DNA from: the human T2T-CHM13v2.0 reference genome, Homo sapiens
Assembly (NCBI RefSeq): GCF_009914755.1
Contig: NC_060939.1
Length of the DNA stretch: 64,000 bases
Direction: 5' to 3' (one strand)
Positions 28,570-49,700 of this stretch are shown here, one piece after another; the first letter of the stretch is position 1, and each line of letters starts with the position of its first letter. Position numbers and translations under genes: made by a program. The notes beneath the pieces were generated by a model that was given only the letters and a program-made list of their open reading frames with translations, had not been told where the DNA came from and did not search any database.

Positions 28570-30964
28570 TGTAATTATTTTTAATTTGGGCTTCACTTCC
28601 CAGTCCAGTGAGATGTGCTCTGCTACTTTCATACTTTCTTAACCCTATTAATGTAGCCACAAATTGTAGCTCTTTGGATATATAATTTATTGCTGAACAT
28701 TCAAGTTTAAAGTTTTAAAAATTTTCCTTGACCAGGGATTGTGCAGCATTGATCATAATCAGCATGATCATTATTTGCAGTAGTTAATACATAGAAAACA
28801 CTCTTTTTTTTGTTGAGTCAATGAATGCATGTATGAATCAGAAGAAACAAAATAGTAGTTTCTATATCTGCTAAGAAAGCAAAATAATGTAACATACTAT
28901 CACTATACTCAGCATCTGAGTTTATGTTTTAGTTTATTTTGATCAGTAATACTACATTAATTACCTAGGAGTAATAAGAAAAAAAGCTTGCTTAATATTT
29001 AAATGTCATGTTAATGCAAATGAAAGCCAAATGCCCTCATGCCATATAATAAAAGGGTCAGTTTTGCATTAGTTCAAATAAAAAAGAGTGATTGAGAATT
29101 GAGTCACCACAAGGAACACAGTGGGTTGGGCATGATAAACTCAGCAGAATCTCTATCGTAGTAGCCAATATCATTATCTGGGTTTTGAGTGGAGATCAAC
29201 AAAATAGTATCATCTATCACACAAATTTGTTGATTTGAATTTTACTGGTTCATTGTTTATTTTATAAATTTCTTCGTGGTTTTAATTGTACAAGAGCTGA
29301 TAAGTATAAGAATTTATATTTAAGTGCATAGTTTTTACCTGTGTGTAAGTATTTAACATATTAAAATAATTTTGGAGAGTTCATGAGACTTGTTTTCCTT
29401 TAAAAAGAAACCACGTCTTACTCAAACTTGCATAAGCACCACACAACCCAAGTACTTTCTCAGTAGAACTCCATTTGAGAACAGCTTGTTAGTGTGTAGA
29501 TTTGGATATATGTGCCCTCAGAAACATCACAGCAACATACCAAAGCCCAATATATCAGAGTTAATCTGTGATGCAGGCATCAGTCCAGCTGGTACATTCT
29601 GCTGTGAGTGCTTCACTCTATTTTTAGTGGTAATTTATTTGGCATGCAGATTGAGATCTTTCGTGGGAATAACAAAATGACTCACGCCTTCAGCTGCCCG
29701 ATTCTCCTAAGAACCACGATGTGAGGCTGCACGATTGTGGACCTGGGACAGTTGGTAATTGCCTCTTTTCCTCCTCCTCTTCTACACTTGTATGAACTCT
29801 CTCGAATAAATAATGAATAACTTCTTTTTTCCCCTACCCCAACAACTAAGTCTCATAATTAGAATTTGCTACTTCTATTAATACATTCAATTATGTGCTG
29901 ATTCAAGCATCTTCACGTCAAATGCATTAGAAAACAGCTAATTATGCCCTTTCCCATGGGTAAGAAAATCTTTAAATTTAATTAAACGACCTTAACTCAA
30001 CTCCTTCACATTAGGGTCTATATCCCGATGGATTTCCTACTGGGCGACTTAAAGAGCCAAGCTCAATATTAAAAGCAGCAGCAGTTATTACTTTTTATTC
30101 TTTAAAACAAAATTATTTTTGGTTGAAGAATTCTGACCATTAATTTCACTCTCAATCATGCTTCTGCATTCACTCCTAAAAACACAGATTAGTTGAGAAA
30201 GCTTGCTTTTCACTTTTAAAGTTGTTTACTTTCTTTTTCTTGCACCAATAAGATGCCTTAAATAGAGACTACCATTCTTCAGTCTTGATATTCTTTTTGA
30301 CATACTAATCAACACACATAAGCAAAGGTAGTAGAAACAAATCTTAGAAAAAAGAAAACATGTTAAGCACCACATCTGAGCCATGCAGGGTTCAAATATA
30401 CAGAATGTTCTGTCTTTTATGAGAAAGCCACAAAATATTTTTCTATTTCCTGTTTCTAAATTGGAAAATTGGAATAGAGCTATCTTAGTTTAATATTTTC
30501 CAGGAAAGCATTAAAGTCAAGCCAAGTGATTTGCTTTTTCTTTAGTTTTATAAATTTTACTTTTTGTTTTTACTTAGAACGAACTTGTTTTTTCTTAAAA
30601 ATTGGACTTACACAAAAAGAGAAATCCAGATGTTCAAAGGAAGTAAGCAATCTGGAAAGAGGCAATTATATAATAGCCTTAGATGAGTTTCTTTCATCCG
30701 TTCTGTCTCCATCCTTCCCTTCCTCTTCTTCTCCCCAATCTATTCATTATTTTTCTTCTCTTTCCTCCTCCTCTTCTCATACTTCTTATTTTTCTTCTTG
30801 TTTGACCAAGTACTTCTAGAAGATGATTAATTATATGTACAACATACTGATACCTCAACATTCCTGTGATGGGCCAAACCCACTTCCAATATCATTTTTC
30901 TTGCTTGTTTGAATCAGTCATTAAACAATAATTAATGATACTAACTCTTCTTACTAATTCAACA

Positions 30965-31410
30965 ATTAAGCAATGGGAGCCATTGGAGATTCTTGAAAAG
31001 GGAAATGATATTAAGAATCATCTGTCAATGATGGGCAGGAAGAACTGCAAGATGGTAGACTCATTAGCAGAGTTTGTAGTACTCAGGCAGAAGGTATAGA
31101 GGGTTTTGAATAGGTTAGCAGAGCGACTGTGGAAAGGACTTCACATTGAGAGGCATTCAGGAAAAAGAATTAACCAATGACATACTGGATATGAAAAATA
31201 AAGTATAGAAGTATGTCAAGGATTGTTTTTAGCTTTCAAACATGAACTACTAAGGAAAAATAGAAGTGTTAGAAATGAGAACTGATCAGGAGAGCAAGTT
31301 GGGTAAGGTAAATTCAGTTCAAGGTAAATTCAGTTTTAGGCATATTGCTTTTCATGTTATGAAACTACTTATAGGTAGAAATGACCTAATCAATTTGGAA
31401 AATTTTCTGA
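30965..31410 (-). mobile_element. LINE-2 fragment
   Basis: gcaatgggagccattggagattcttgaaaagggaaatgata...gtcaaggattgtttttagctttc...aaattcagttttagggcatattg follows antisense L2. Confidence 0.65.
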
Positions 31411-31785
31411 GAGTTGGAGAAATTGAGCAAATTCAAACAGACTAAAAGCACCTCAGGGGCTTGTTGACATATAGTCCCTGAACTTCTTGATAGCTTACCC
31501 ATTAATATCCCTGCATTATTATTTATCTGTCTTTGTGTGATCAGAAAACAATAATGCTAATTCAAAAAAGTGCCAATTACAAGTCCTTGTCTGTTTTCTG
31601 AGGCAGGTGGATCCTGGTAACTGGAGGATCTTTTACAAACTTAAATATTTTCTTAAACAAGGGTTTGAAGATGCCTGTTTGAAGGAAAGAAACACGTGAG
31701 TAATAAATAGTGAATGCTACAGAGAAACCAGAAAGTAAGAAAGGTGCATAGGACTGTGGTCAGGGCAGCTATAGAAGCTATTGTT

Positions 31786-33368
<1,583 letters not shown>

Positions 33369-34224
33369 TAAGTGCTGGTAGTGGAAAGTGAGGAATCTTG
33401 GGCACAAACATTGAACGACTAGTGATTAATTTTTGAGTGAAATGCTACATATGTGTTATGTGACAATTATTTCATATATGTCCCTATTATCCCTAAGGAT
33501 TTTGAATAACATATGTATTTCTCATTAAGTATGGTAGAGGTTTCTTTTGTATGCATAAAAAATTGTTGTGAATCCTACATTAACGGTAGCAGAGAATAGA
33601 AAAAATTCTACCCGAGGGATCAGTCACGTGTGATTAATACTTGTGCATGGGTGTGTGCTGTGCAATAGGAAGTTAGAAATCCCAGATGGAGAACCTGCAA
33701 GGTGAAGTTGGCCTCTACAGCAGTTATGAGTACAATCCTTGTAGTGTAGAATGGGCTGGCTGAAGAAGAGTTGAAGAAATCGAGGGTGTGGATCTCCATG
33801 ATCCCAGGTAAAATTTCTGATCAGAAAGAAGCAGGAGAAACTACTTTACCATGTTGCTGGACATTAACAGAGAACACTTGAAAACAAGTTAGTGACTTGG
33901 GGATATTCTCATATTTCAGTGAGACCCAGAAATCCCATAGTATTTTAAGGGGAGAGTGAAGTTTGAGGAGTTTAGGCCTAGATTAGCCACTGCTTCAATC
34001 TATGGGAAGGGATGTGGAGATAGGAGTAGATGAAGGAGTCATGATACTCATTGTTTGAGCATGCCATGTATTTTATGCCTCTATGTGGTTTATCCCTTAA
34101 TCTGGAATTCCCATTTTTAACTGCATATGGAATAACCTAATGCTGGTATATTTTGAATGGGATATCCTGGGGGCCCCTGATAAAATGGAGTATACTTGTC
34201 AGAGAAAGCCTCAATCATATTGTG

Positions 34225-34412
34225 ACTTATAGTACCTAATATTTGAGGCAAAGTGTTTGTTGTTCTTCGCAACAAACATATGAGGTCAGTGCCTTTATCT
34301 TTATTTCACCAATGAAAAATAGCTTGTCCAAAGTCACACAGTTGTAATTGGCAATGTCTATATTTCACTCTAAATCTCTCATATTAAAACTCCTTGTTCT
34401 TAACCATTATGC
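34225..34412 (-). mobile_element. MIR fragment
   Basis: tatttcaccaatgaaaaatagcttgtccaaagtcacacagttgtaattggca...ttcttaaccattatgct. Confidence 0.7.
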
Positions 34413-34929
34413 TTTCAGGAAACCACTTCTCAAATATGTTAATAAATATGTGAAATAACCAATGCTTAATCAGAATTGTATTGACCAGTTTGCACAACCA
34501 CTTCTCTGGCTAATACTGTTACCAACACACTACACCATCGCTGTTTAGATCTAGTTGTGTGTTAGGGGAGGCTGAAGACAGGGAGCAGATCGTGATGGCT
34601 TTATCGCTCTCCCCAAATATTCAGCACATTTTCTCACTCACTTAATCCTAAGTGTCTCATCATATTTTTAGGCTATAATTCAAATTAGTTTACTGTCCAA
34701 GAGCTTTTGTAATTTGGCCCCACTTTATTAATCCAAATTTATACAGTTCATTTCAAAACCCACAGATACCTATGGAGCTCTAGGAGTGTACCAGGCACTA
34801 CAATAGGGAGGAGAAACAAAACAAAAATAAGTACATTTTTTTCCTAGAATCCTAGGGACTTGTTAACTTTTAAAGGCAATGTAAGTGTTATATTAAAGAA
34901 CATGCCAAGTGCTAATAAAACACAAAAAC

Positions 34930-35180
34930 TAGCATGGGCAACAAAGTGAGGCCTCACGTCTACTACAAATAAAAAATTTGTGGAGCATGGTGCTGTGTGC
35001 CTATGGTCCCAGGTACTTGGGATACTGAAGTGGGAAGATTGCTTGATCCCAGGCTCTAGGTTGCATTGAGCCAAGATCACACACTGCACTCCAGCCTAGG
35101 CAAACACAGTGAGACCCTATTTCAAAAAAAACAAAAAACAAAAAAACAAAACCCCATAAAGATAGAAATAAAAAAAAAAC
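34930..35180 (+). mobile_element. 5'-truncated old Alu (AluJ/FRAM-like) with an A-rich tail
   Basis: gcctatggtcccaggtacttgggatactgaagtgggaagattgcttga...cactgcactccagcctagggcaaacacagtgagaccct followed by A tracts. Confidence 0.85.
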
Positions 35181-35184
35181 TACG

Positions 35185-35450
35185 TGAAAAGGTACGATAA
35201 GGTAGAAAATGTGCCATTTGAGCTGGGTATTGAAAAATGAACAGAAGTGTGTCAGGCAGAGAAGGGATAGAAGGACATTTTGAGGAGCAGCATGAGGGTG
35301 TGAAGTAGTAAAGTATGTTCAAATACTGACAAGGAGCTCAGTGAAGGATGAACCAATTATGTGCATGGAGAAGAGTAGTTAAACAGAAAGGTTTAAAATG
35401 TAGCATGGGGCTAGACTTATAAACGTACTTGCTTGCCTTGCTAAAGATTA
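35185..35450 (-). mobile_element. LINE-2 fragment (probably continuing from ~34770-34920 across the Alu)
   Basis: gccatttgagctgggtattgaaaaatgaacagaagt...ttgccttgctaaaga resembles the antisense L2 3' end. Confidence 0.55.
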
Positions 35451-35714
35451 AACAGTTTTTTAAAAATTTATTTTGTTTTTAGCATTCACTTCCAGTTATG
35501 TGCAAGACAAAAAAAAATGTAGCAAACTTTAATTTGACCATGCCCCTTGGCTGTAGAGCAATCTCTTCTCTAGACTGCAGTAAGGCCCAAAGAGAAATTC
35601 TCTCATCTAGGTCTACTAATACGATTAATTTTGGACATCTTTACAACTTGAGTACTTAGAATTTTGACTCCCCAGTTTTCTGGAAGAAAGTAAAACAGAT
35701 TAAATCATGAGTTT

Positions 35715-36590
35715 TATGTTTCTGGACACTGGCCTAAGCAAATAATTTATGACCAAGTCCTCAAAAGCAAATGTAACAAAAATAAAAGTAGACAAATGGG
35801 ACTTAATTAAACTAAAAAGGTTCTGCACAGGAAAAGAAACAATCAACAAAGTAAACAGACAATCTACAGAATGAAAAAAATAGTTGCAAACTGTGCTCTG
35901 AAAAAGGGCTAATATCCAGAATCTAAAAGGCATCAAACAATTCAACAAGGAAAAAACAACCCCATCAAAAAGTGGGCAAAGGACATGAACAGACATTTCT
36001 CAAAAGATGACATACAAGCAGCCAACAAACATATAAAAAAAAAGCTCAGCATCACTAATCATCAGAGAAATGCAGATTAAACTACAGTATAAAGGTTTTT
36101 CAAAGAACTAAAATAGAATTACTATTTAATCCAGCAATCTCCAGTACTATATACCCAAAGGGAAAGAAATTATTCTATCAAAAAGATACCTGTACTCATA
36201 TGTTTCTTGCAGCACTATTTACAATAGCAAAGATATGTAATCAACTTAAATGTCCATCAATGGAGAACTGGATAAAAAGAAAATGTGGTACATACACAAC
36301 ATGGAATACTATGCAGCCATAAAAAAGAATGGAACATCTATTTATCAACATGGATGGAAATGGAGGCCATTATCTTAAGGAAAATAACTCAGAAAGTCAC
36401 ACACCACATGTTCTCACTTGTAAGTGGAAACTAAACAATGGGTATACATGGATATAAATATAGAAATGGAGACTCCAGAAGGGGAGAGAGTGGGAGAAGA
36501 GTGAAAAATTACCCATGGGGTAAAATATTCACTATTTGCGTGATGGCTACACTAAAAGGCCAGACTTCACAACCACCCAATTATAATCCA
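35715..36590 (+). mobile_element. LINE-1 3' fragment (L1PB/L1MA grade) with an internal deletion near 36088
   Basis: gacaaatgggacttaattaaactaaaaaggttctgcacag...atggaatactatgcagccataaaaaagaatg...cagacttcacaaccac. Confidence 0.9.
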
Positions 36591-36777
36591 GTGTAATGTT
36601 CTCTTCACTGTATTCCAGTACACCACACCAGTTTGGACTGAAGCCTTTTTGTTCCTTTTCTCATGTTGTTCATTTTACCTTCTCAGGAATAGGGCTCTTC
36701 TCCTTTCTCCCTTCCAAATCCAATCCTATTTCTTATTCAGGCTCCAGAGCAAGTCCCAACTCCCCAGTAAGGTGCAT

Positions 36778-37240
36778 TATGTCAGAGTCTCCAGAAGCAA
36801 GCCTTAAGACAAGGATTCCTGAGCACATGATTTGTTAAGAAGTGTTCTCAGGAAAACTGGTAAGAAAGTGGGGAAGCAGTAGAGGGAAGAGGAAGAGGGC
36901 AAACGAGTTCCACACCCCACTTGATCCTGTGGGGAGCTCTGGAATATAAATTATACCTTAAATTTGTCCTGTCTTCATAGAAGGAGGCTGAGCTTTTATA
37001 CTCCCACATGAGTCAATCATTGACTGTTGGCTTCTCCCAGGAAGAAGTTATTGGCAGTGCAAATTACTGTATATTTTTGATTCTTTACACTGCAGGCAAA
37101 GCTGTTTTAGCTGTCTAAGGCTAGGCCATTGAAGACAGTTGCAGGTGAAAAGCATTATAATTAAAGCACACCCAACCTTGGCGCTGGATACACAGAATGG
37201 GTAAAAGGGATTCTAGAGCATCTGGATGGAGCAATGACGG
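36778..37240 (-). mobile_element. ERVL-class LTR (LTR16/LTR33-like)
   Basis: tctccagaagcaagccttaagacaaggattcctgagcacatgatttgttaagaagtgttctcagg matches the antisense 3' end of this LTR group as I recall it. Confidence 0.55.
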
Positions 37241-38504
37241 GGTCAAACAGGCTCTCCTCCTCTGCTTCAGCCAGACTAGTACATCCTCTAAAGTTTCTGA
37301 ATTATTTTGTCTGCCACTCAGACAAACCTGTGCTACTGAACCTGTGCTTCTTTGGGGTGTCCCTTGGTGCCTAGCTTACTGCATATAGAACAAAAGCATT
37401 TGGTCCCAAGTAGTTTTGGATATCTAGGAAGAATTTCAAACCAGTTTGCCTCCTTCAGATATTTCCAAATCTGAGGAATCAACCAAAGTCCTGGGAAGAC
37501 CCTTATAGGATGAATATCAGCTTAAGTGGGCCCTTGTACCCATTTCACTCTTTATATGAACCCTATGTTATTCCTCAGAGTCTATAATGACTCCTAGAGT
37601 TCACAAGTGTGAGATAATATGTCCATCAATTCAAGTATAAAACCGTAGAAATTGAGACCAATTTAATCAGCTGATGGTAAAGTGTTGAGGGATCCTTGGT
37701 GGCTCCAAACTGCAGTTTGCCAGCATGGAACCTGATCAAATGTAATAGCTCTCCCAGAAATGCATTGGAAACTATCTCAATATGCACACTTTAAAATGAA
37801 AAGTATAGTAGAAAATTGACTGTCAGCCATGTGTGGAGACAGTAGGTCTGTTCTTTCTTTCATTTCTCTATTTTTCATGGAGGCATAGCAATCTAAGACA
37901 TTTACCTGTAGAATGAAGCCTGGGAAATTTCTTAACTAAAGCACCTTCCAACCTACACTGGTAGGAACAAAGTGATGTCCAGTGATTTTTCTTAATCCAA
38001 TTCCAAAATGAATATATTGTATTAATGCATATATGTTCTCTCTTACTTTACCTTTTTGAGGGGGAAAAAAAGCTTAGAGAAAAGTGTGTTGCTTATATAC
38101 AATCTTCCCTTTTATCTGCTGTCAAGATTAAAATGACAATAATAGCATCTTATTTTTTGTGTTGTGTGAAACAAAGAGCTAATTCGGGAGCATATAGGCA
38201 TCTGCTATCTGCTAGAGTGCAAAAGAGCAGCTTAGAGCAGCTCAGCATGTACCCTTGTAGCCCAACTTCTTTCATATTCCTCCCTAACCTGTCTTCTTAC
38301 CTTGAACCATTTCTGTTTTAGAGATTTGAGATACTGACTTCTTAATGCTTGTCCAAACTCCTCCGGCTGGAATACTGAAGGAAGACTGCAGAAGCCATCT
38401 GATCCCGATTAGATACAATCTGCTTTTCAATCATCAAAATTAAAATATAAGGAAATTCTGCGTGTAAATGTCAACCCTCAATAACCTATAAATAATCTCA
38501 CTAA

Positions 38505-38903
<399 letters not shown>

Positions 38904-39484
38904 TAAGAACATTAGAGTCCATATAATTTTCCATGGAATGCTAAGGTTATGCAGTTATGAGGGAGTCACTATTCTTTAGTTGATAGGGGTTAAAATCTGA
39001 TAAATTAATTAAAACTTCCAAAAATGGCAGCAGAATATATTGGGGAGTTCAAACCATAATGAAGGTAACTATGACAAACATCTTAGCATCAGGCAGAAAA
39101 ATCAAATAACCAGTCAGTTTTATTTTCTTATAAAATGTATTAAAATACATTTTCTAACAGCAAATGTTTATCTAAGATAATACTTTCTGTTGTTTGTGCA
39201 AAGGTTTACTATTTGTAGAAATATTTAGAAAAATTATTAGAATACCTCTTATTAGGATTATATTAATATCTTAATGCTCTTCCAAGTCTGATGTACTAGT
39301 TGTTATTGTAATTACTGAATCTCATTGGTTTTATGGCAAATATATTTCTCATATCAATGTCATCTATTCATTTACTTGTGAGACGAGCATTATATTGTGT
39401 GGTTTCTGCCTTCCAGGTACAACAGTATGTACTCTTGTGATAAGAGGCACAACCCTTCCTCTAAAATCCTTCAGAGTCTAGATG

Positions 39485-44500
<5,016 letters not shown>

Positions 44501-45479
44501 ACTTAAAAATGGTATAGGACCATCACAGTGACAAATATCCAGTACATCTCTGATTTTGGTTATTCTAAATCAATGTGCACTCTTCTTTCCTTACACAGCC
44601 TGCTTTGATAACATGTATGTCTATAAAGAAATAAGCTTACACGATTGGTTGATATGGGAATGATGTCAGTATAATACAAAAGTTTCATTGATCTATTTAT
44701 GATTTTTCTCACCATACAAATGTTTTGTGCCATCAAGTAACACAGTTGAACACAGAAGACTGTGGAGGAGCACAATATTATAATTATACACAGTGTCCAT
44801 TCCGATTACTCCCTTTTCTTTTATTCTGGACATGTATTGTGCTCATCAAGTGCTTATTGAATGGTTTTGCTCAACATTTGTGCATTTTGCCCATGCCTTT
44901 ATAAGTTAGCAAACTTGATCCTTTTTTATATGTAACTTTCTTAAAACAGTATAAGATTTTCTCTAGTTAAAAATTTTATTAAGAATTATAACATCTTTCT
45001 TTTTAAATTGGACTAGGATACTTATTTTGATTGTGATTGCTTTGGTTACAAATGGCATAGGTTTTCAGTGTTTGTCGCAAACTATTTTTGATAAATCCTG
45101 TATTTATTTGAAAATGATTTTTCAGGACATGAGTTTTCCAGGAACATGTCAATCTGTTACAATAAAAACACTTGGACTTTTAAAAAAGTGCTTTCAGCAA
45201 AATGATGCAAAAATCTCTCCTACAGCCATAAAGCATATTACTCTCTTTCCAGAACTAAAATTCACGATTTTTGCTTCTAGCAACAAGCAAAGATCACTGG
45301 CTGATGTCCATTCTCCTTTAGTTCTGTCACAAGTCCAGATATTATGGACTAGACTGGAAAGTTTACTACCATCCAAAACACTGTATAAGACAGAGGGGAA
45401 AGGGAGAGAGAAAAATAAGTTAAAATTTCTAATTATATACCAGAGCAAGAAAGAAATATGAGTAAGAGCTGTAGTCTTC

Positions 45480-46800
45480 ATTTCTGAAGTTGGTCTAGAG
45501 GCAATAATTGATTGCCACGATTTCCTTCTTTTATCACCAATTCTACATTCCCTTTGCTTTCAGCCACTTCTTCTGTTGGTTAGGGTTCTCTGACCAAGCT
45601 GTTATCACTAAAGTATCCGAATGCCTTGTGGTATTGCTTGTATAGATTTACTGTTGCCTTCCATTCAATTTTACCACTAGAAAAAAAATTATGGGGATTT
45701 TATATGTCCTATTCATTCTCCTCTCTTTTCCGTTTTGTAGCAGCAAACCTATTTCCTGTTTATTGTCAGCCAAGATAAGAGATCCATGATGGAAAGAAAC
45801 ATTTTGTCTTTGAGAATTGAGAACTTTAGCCAAAGTCACAGGGCAAGGGAAGCTAATTTTTTGAAGGAAATCATTAGCTCACTGGATCTAATAGTAAGAA
45901 GGACCTCTCCCACTTCCAACTTCTGGTTCCAAGACCCATATATTCTGGTGATGGGAGAAATAGCATTATATACCAGGTAATCAATCATTCAGAGAATTTA
46001 CTGCTGGTATAGTGCCTGAGTCTTTTAATAGGCCATCCCATTGTTTTCCATGCCCAGCTGCTTTTAGAGAATGCAGTTCTAAGTCTACCGTCTTTACCTC
46101 ATTTCCTGTAAAGTGAGTGTTCCTTGGTTAGAAGCAATGTTTGTGATGTACCACAATGTTTAATAGGGCATTCTGTGATTCTTCACTTGGTGATATGTCT
46201 TTTTAGTATCGTGTGTAGAGAAAACAAAACAGTCACCAAATACCCAGTTTCCATCCCTTCCATGTCAAGGATCCAGTGTAACTGAAATTCAATAAATGCC
46301 TGGCTCCTTTGAGACAGTATCCCATATTGAAGGGGGAGTGTAAGGGAGGCCACTCCACATTGGTTTCTGCTACTCACTGACTGATTACTTATGAGTGGAA
46401 GTAAACAGGTCAGCCTTAGGGAGATGAGGCCTATAATGTTAGGCTCCTACATCACTTTTATCCTTGACACCAAGGCTGCTTTGTTTCTGAGCCTATTGAT
46501 TAGGGGTAAAAGAGATTATGGAAAGAGGCTGACCAACATTCACAAGGAGAGTGATGTTGATTATTGAAAGCCGCCTAATTATTGAAAGCCTTCACCACCA
46601 AGAAGGCCTTCTAATGAACAGTCATATCAGAACAAAGTTTCTTCCATTTTTTAGCCCATTCCAAGAGGTCCATCCATGCTCCACTAAGCCACTTTGACAC
46701 CAATATTTCAATTTTGTTATCTATCTCAGGATGCAGAGTCTTCACTGAGGCCTTAATTCTTTCAAGGAAGAGTGAACAATCAGATATACTATTCAAAGTT
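45480..46800 (-). mobile_element. Decayed ERVL internal sequence (pol RNase H/integrase region)
   Basis: Minus-strand peptides GAWMDLLEWAKKWKK (ORF 46611-46796) and LQYGILSQRSQAFIEFQLHWI (ORF 46183-46377) resemble the ERVL pol motifs GMWIDLSEW and PRYGTIPRGDQPATWWQVDYI, in the right order. Confidence 0.6.
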
Positions 46801-46839
46801 CAGCCTCATCAGAAGGATTTATTTCATTATCTTTTAAGA

Positions 46840-47216
46840 AAAAAATCAGTTGCCTCACCTATCATCAGACAGGCTTCAGTTGTCACTTCCTTCGGGGTTT
46901 GCCTCAAGTGCAAGAGCCATCTTGTCCAACGACAAAACTAACTTTCTCCAGAGCAGCCCATGTTCAATGACTGATTGAAGTAGAAATATAAAGGCCTCAT
47001 TATCTGGGCCCAAAGCAGGGTAATGGTGATGAATATGCTTTTAAGTTCTCCATGGGGTTGACCAAGTTTTGTGTATCTTGTATCACGATTTGACTTCTTC
47101 CTGTGCTCAGTCCTGCTTTTCATCTCTCCCTTTAGCAGGTATTGATTCTTAATAGACATTCTGCATTCCAGACTCCATCTCAGCATCTACTTCTGGAGAA
47201 CCTAACCTGTGATATC
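46840..47216 (+). mobile_element. ERVL-class LTR (LTR16-like)
   Basis: tataaaggcc TATA-like box; 3' end cttaatagacattctgcattccagactccatctcagcatctacttctggagaacctaacctgtgata. Confidence 0.6.
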
Positions 47217-48449
47217 ACATGTAAATTGGGTTGAAATGTTTTTTTCTCAATCAACTAGTCTAGGGAATAACCAACAGGTAGGGGCTGAAGGAGGTTTGGT
47301 TATGTGGTAAGGTCAGTTGCACTGGGTCAAAAGCTTTCTGCTCATGCAAACTAATTATGCTTTCAGGACTTGCCTAAGCCAGGCCTTCTTTGTACCGCTT
47401 TCATATGATGATGGAGTGATTCAGGGATGCCCTGACTTGCTGGCTAGTGTATAGATGAAATCTAGTTTACAGTGAATTGCCCAGTACATAAAATCATCAA
47501 TTAACCCATAATCATATGTCTAGTTACAAGGGGAAGAGCTGACTCTAACAAAGTCTTGTAACTTTTTCAAATGGGCATGACTTCTGTCTCAAACATTGCA
47601 GACCTTATTTGAAATTCTCTGTTGAGGCTTACCACTCTGTCTGGGCACATCCAAATCTTCCAAAGACACCAAACACAACTGGTGTAATGTATCGTAAAGA
47701 AGCAAGCTCTACTTTTTACCTACTCTTATAAGTGACTATGTGAAAAACATTTCTTAAACATTAAAAGAGAGCTTAGATGCAGGTGACAAATACCTACTAC
47801 TAGGCCCATCTTACTGTTACATTTCAAAATAGTATGATTGATAGGTTTTTTTTCATAAGGCAAAATACATCAGGTTAAAGATACCCATTGTGGTGATGGT
47901 GGCTCATGTAAGCCAGCTTGGAGTAGAGGATGATTTGATTTAGGTAAAGGTCCCTGAAGGCAGTGACATCTGGGATGGGATTCGTGGAAACAGTTTGTCT
48001 TTGCTTCTTTTTTTATCTCCTTACTCATTCTCAGCTGAGAGAGCAGCATTTGTCAAAGCAATACGGTGAGAGAAGACAAGGCATATTCACTGTACTGCAA
48101 GTTTTGAAATCAGCCATTTTTCTCATCTAATGTACACGAACACTGGTCTGTCTGGGGAAAATGTAGCCTGTGTAGATAAAGATTGTTTAATATTAATGGG
48201 GAGGTTCCAGGAAAAAAAAAAAGTCTAAGGGTTACAAATAAATATTTTTTGGCCTTCTCCTAACCAACATGAAGACATATTTGTGGTAATATTGCACAGA
48301 TTTTTATAAAGGAGAAAAAGAAATTGAAAGTCCCCCTTCTCCCCCTGGCCACATACACACAGCTTGCTCCCTTTCAGTCCTTGGGGGTTTTCCCTGGAAG
48401 GAGGTTTATACATGCATATGCTACCATATAATTGTCACAGCAATTAAGA

Positions 48450-48665
48450 TATAGGCTCCGAGTTCACGGCTCCATAATTTATTGGCTATGAAACTCTGAT
48501 CAATTTACTTAACTTTTCCAAACTTCAGTTTCCTTGTCTGTGAAATGGAGAGAATGTATCTCTAACTAATAAAGTTATTGTAAGAATTAATTGAGATGGG
48601 GCTAATAAAGTACTCAGCAAAGTGCTGGGATATGAAAATTGTTTCAAAATTAATATTTTATGATT
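48450..48665 (+). mobile_element. MIR
   Basis: gatcaatttacttaacttttccaaacttcagtttccttgtctgtgaaatggaga...gttattgtaagaattaattgagat...aaagtactcagcaaagtgctgg. Confidence 0.8.
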
Positions 48666-49109
48666 ATTACTTCTTTAGTCCTCTTTACCATGCTCTTGAC
48701 TATTTCACTTCTTCCTATGATTCAGGATAACTACAGACAAGGTTTTAAGTGCCTATTATGATTATGAAGATAGTAGAAATTCCATTCTCTTATGCTATCA
48801 AATCATTACATTTACATATGTATTCAACCCTGCCAAATCCCAAATGAAGGTTAATGTTCATGATGGAGAAGAGCCATTAGCACATTTATGAATTTGAATT
48901 CCACTTAGCTTTATTGACAAAAATATCTGTGAAAGTATAAGTAACTAATTTATATTAATATCAGGAATACCAGGCGTATTTGTGATATCTGGACTAAACA
49001 GACAGGCATTTGTACTGTCAAACCCCTGCCCTCTGTATCTTACTGAGAATCAGGAAGCATGCCAAATAGGAAAAATAGAATCAAGGTTTCTCATGCATTG
49101 AGCCTTAAA

Positions 49110-49700
49110 CACTGTTTTCCAAAGTGGGTTTATTTAAACTACTAGCTGTTGGAGAGTATGTATAATTCTTATGTTAAAATAAATCCCATGGTCAATGAGG
49201 TACAGGAAATACAGGTTTTAACCAAGTTAAACAGAATTTATTATTGTGAGACCTCTCAGAACTCTTATTATGTAATTATACATTGTAGATTTCCAAAAGA
49301 GACCACAGTGGTGCCATTCTGGAGATTTCTCAGTTATTTACAATGTGAGCCACATTTTCCAGAAGGCAAAATAAAAAAATTATAAATTTATTTTAATAAT
49401 ATTTTCTTAACCTGGTATATCAAAAATGTTATTTTAACATTTAATCAATGTAAAAATTATTGAGACATTTTATATTTTTCTGCATAGCAGGTGTTCAAAA
49501 TCAGTGTGTAGTTTGAAGTTGCAGCACATCTCAATTCAAACTAGCCACATTTCAAGCACTCAGTGGCTGTGCATAGTGAGTGGCTACCACATTTAACAGT
49601 GCAGGACTGACTGGACTGCACTATTTCTCAAATTTACTTTTCCATAGTTAGTTTACTTTTCATGGAGCATATTAAGGGATCATGTTCCAGAAACAGTGAT
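49110..49700. mobile_element. hAT-Charlie fossils: MER103-like element interrupted by a MER3/MER33-like element (~49340-49604)
   Basis: gcacatctcaattcaaactagccacatttcaagcactcagtggct...gtggctaccacatttaacagtgcag is MER3/33-like. actgttttccaaagtg...accaagttaaacag...gagacctctcagaactc is MER103-like. Confidence 0.6.

Noticed and set aside
35123-35183. Double A-tail after the Alu as a 3' transduction
   Set aside because: The spacer is under 20 bp and A-rich, and the candidate TSD (aaaaacta) is too low in complexity to trust.
39132-39153. 10-bp inverted repeat aaaatgtatt/aatacatttt
   Set aside because: Short and very AT-rich, so expected by chance here.
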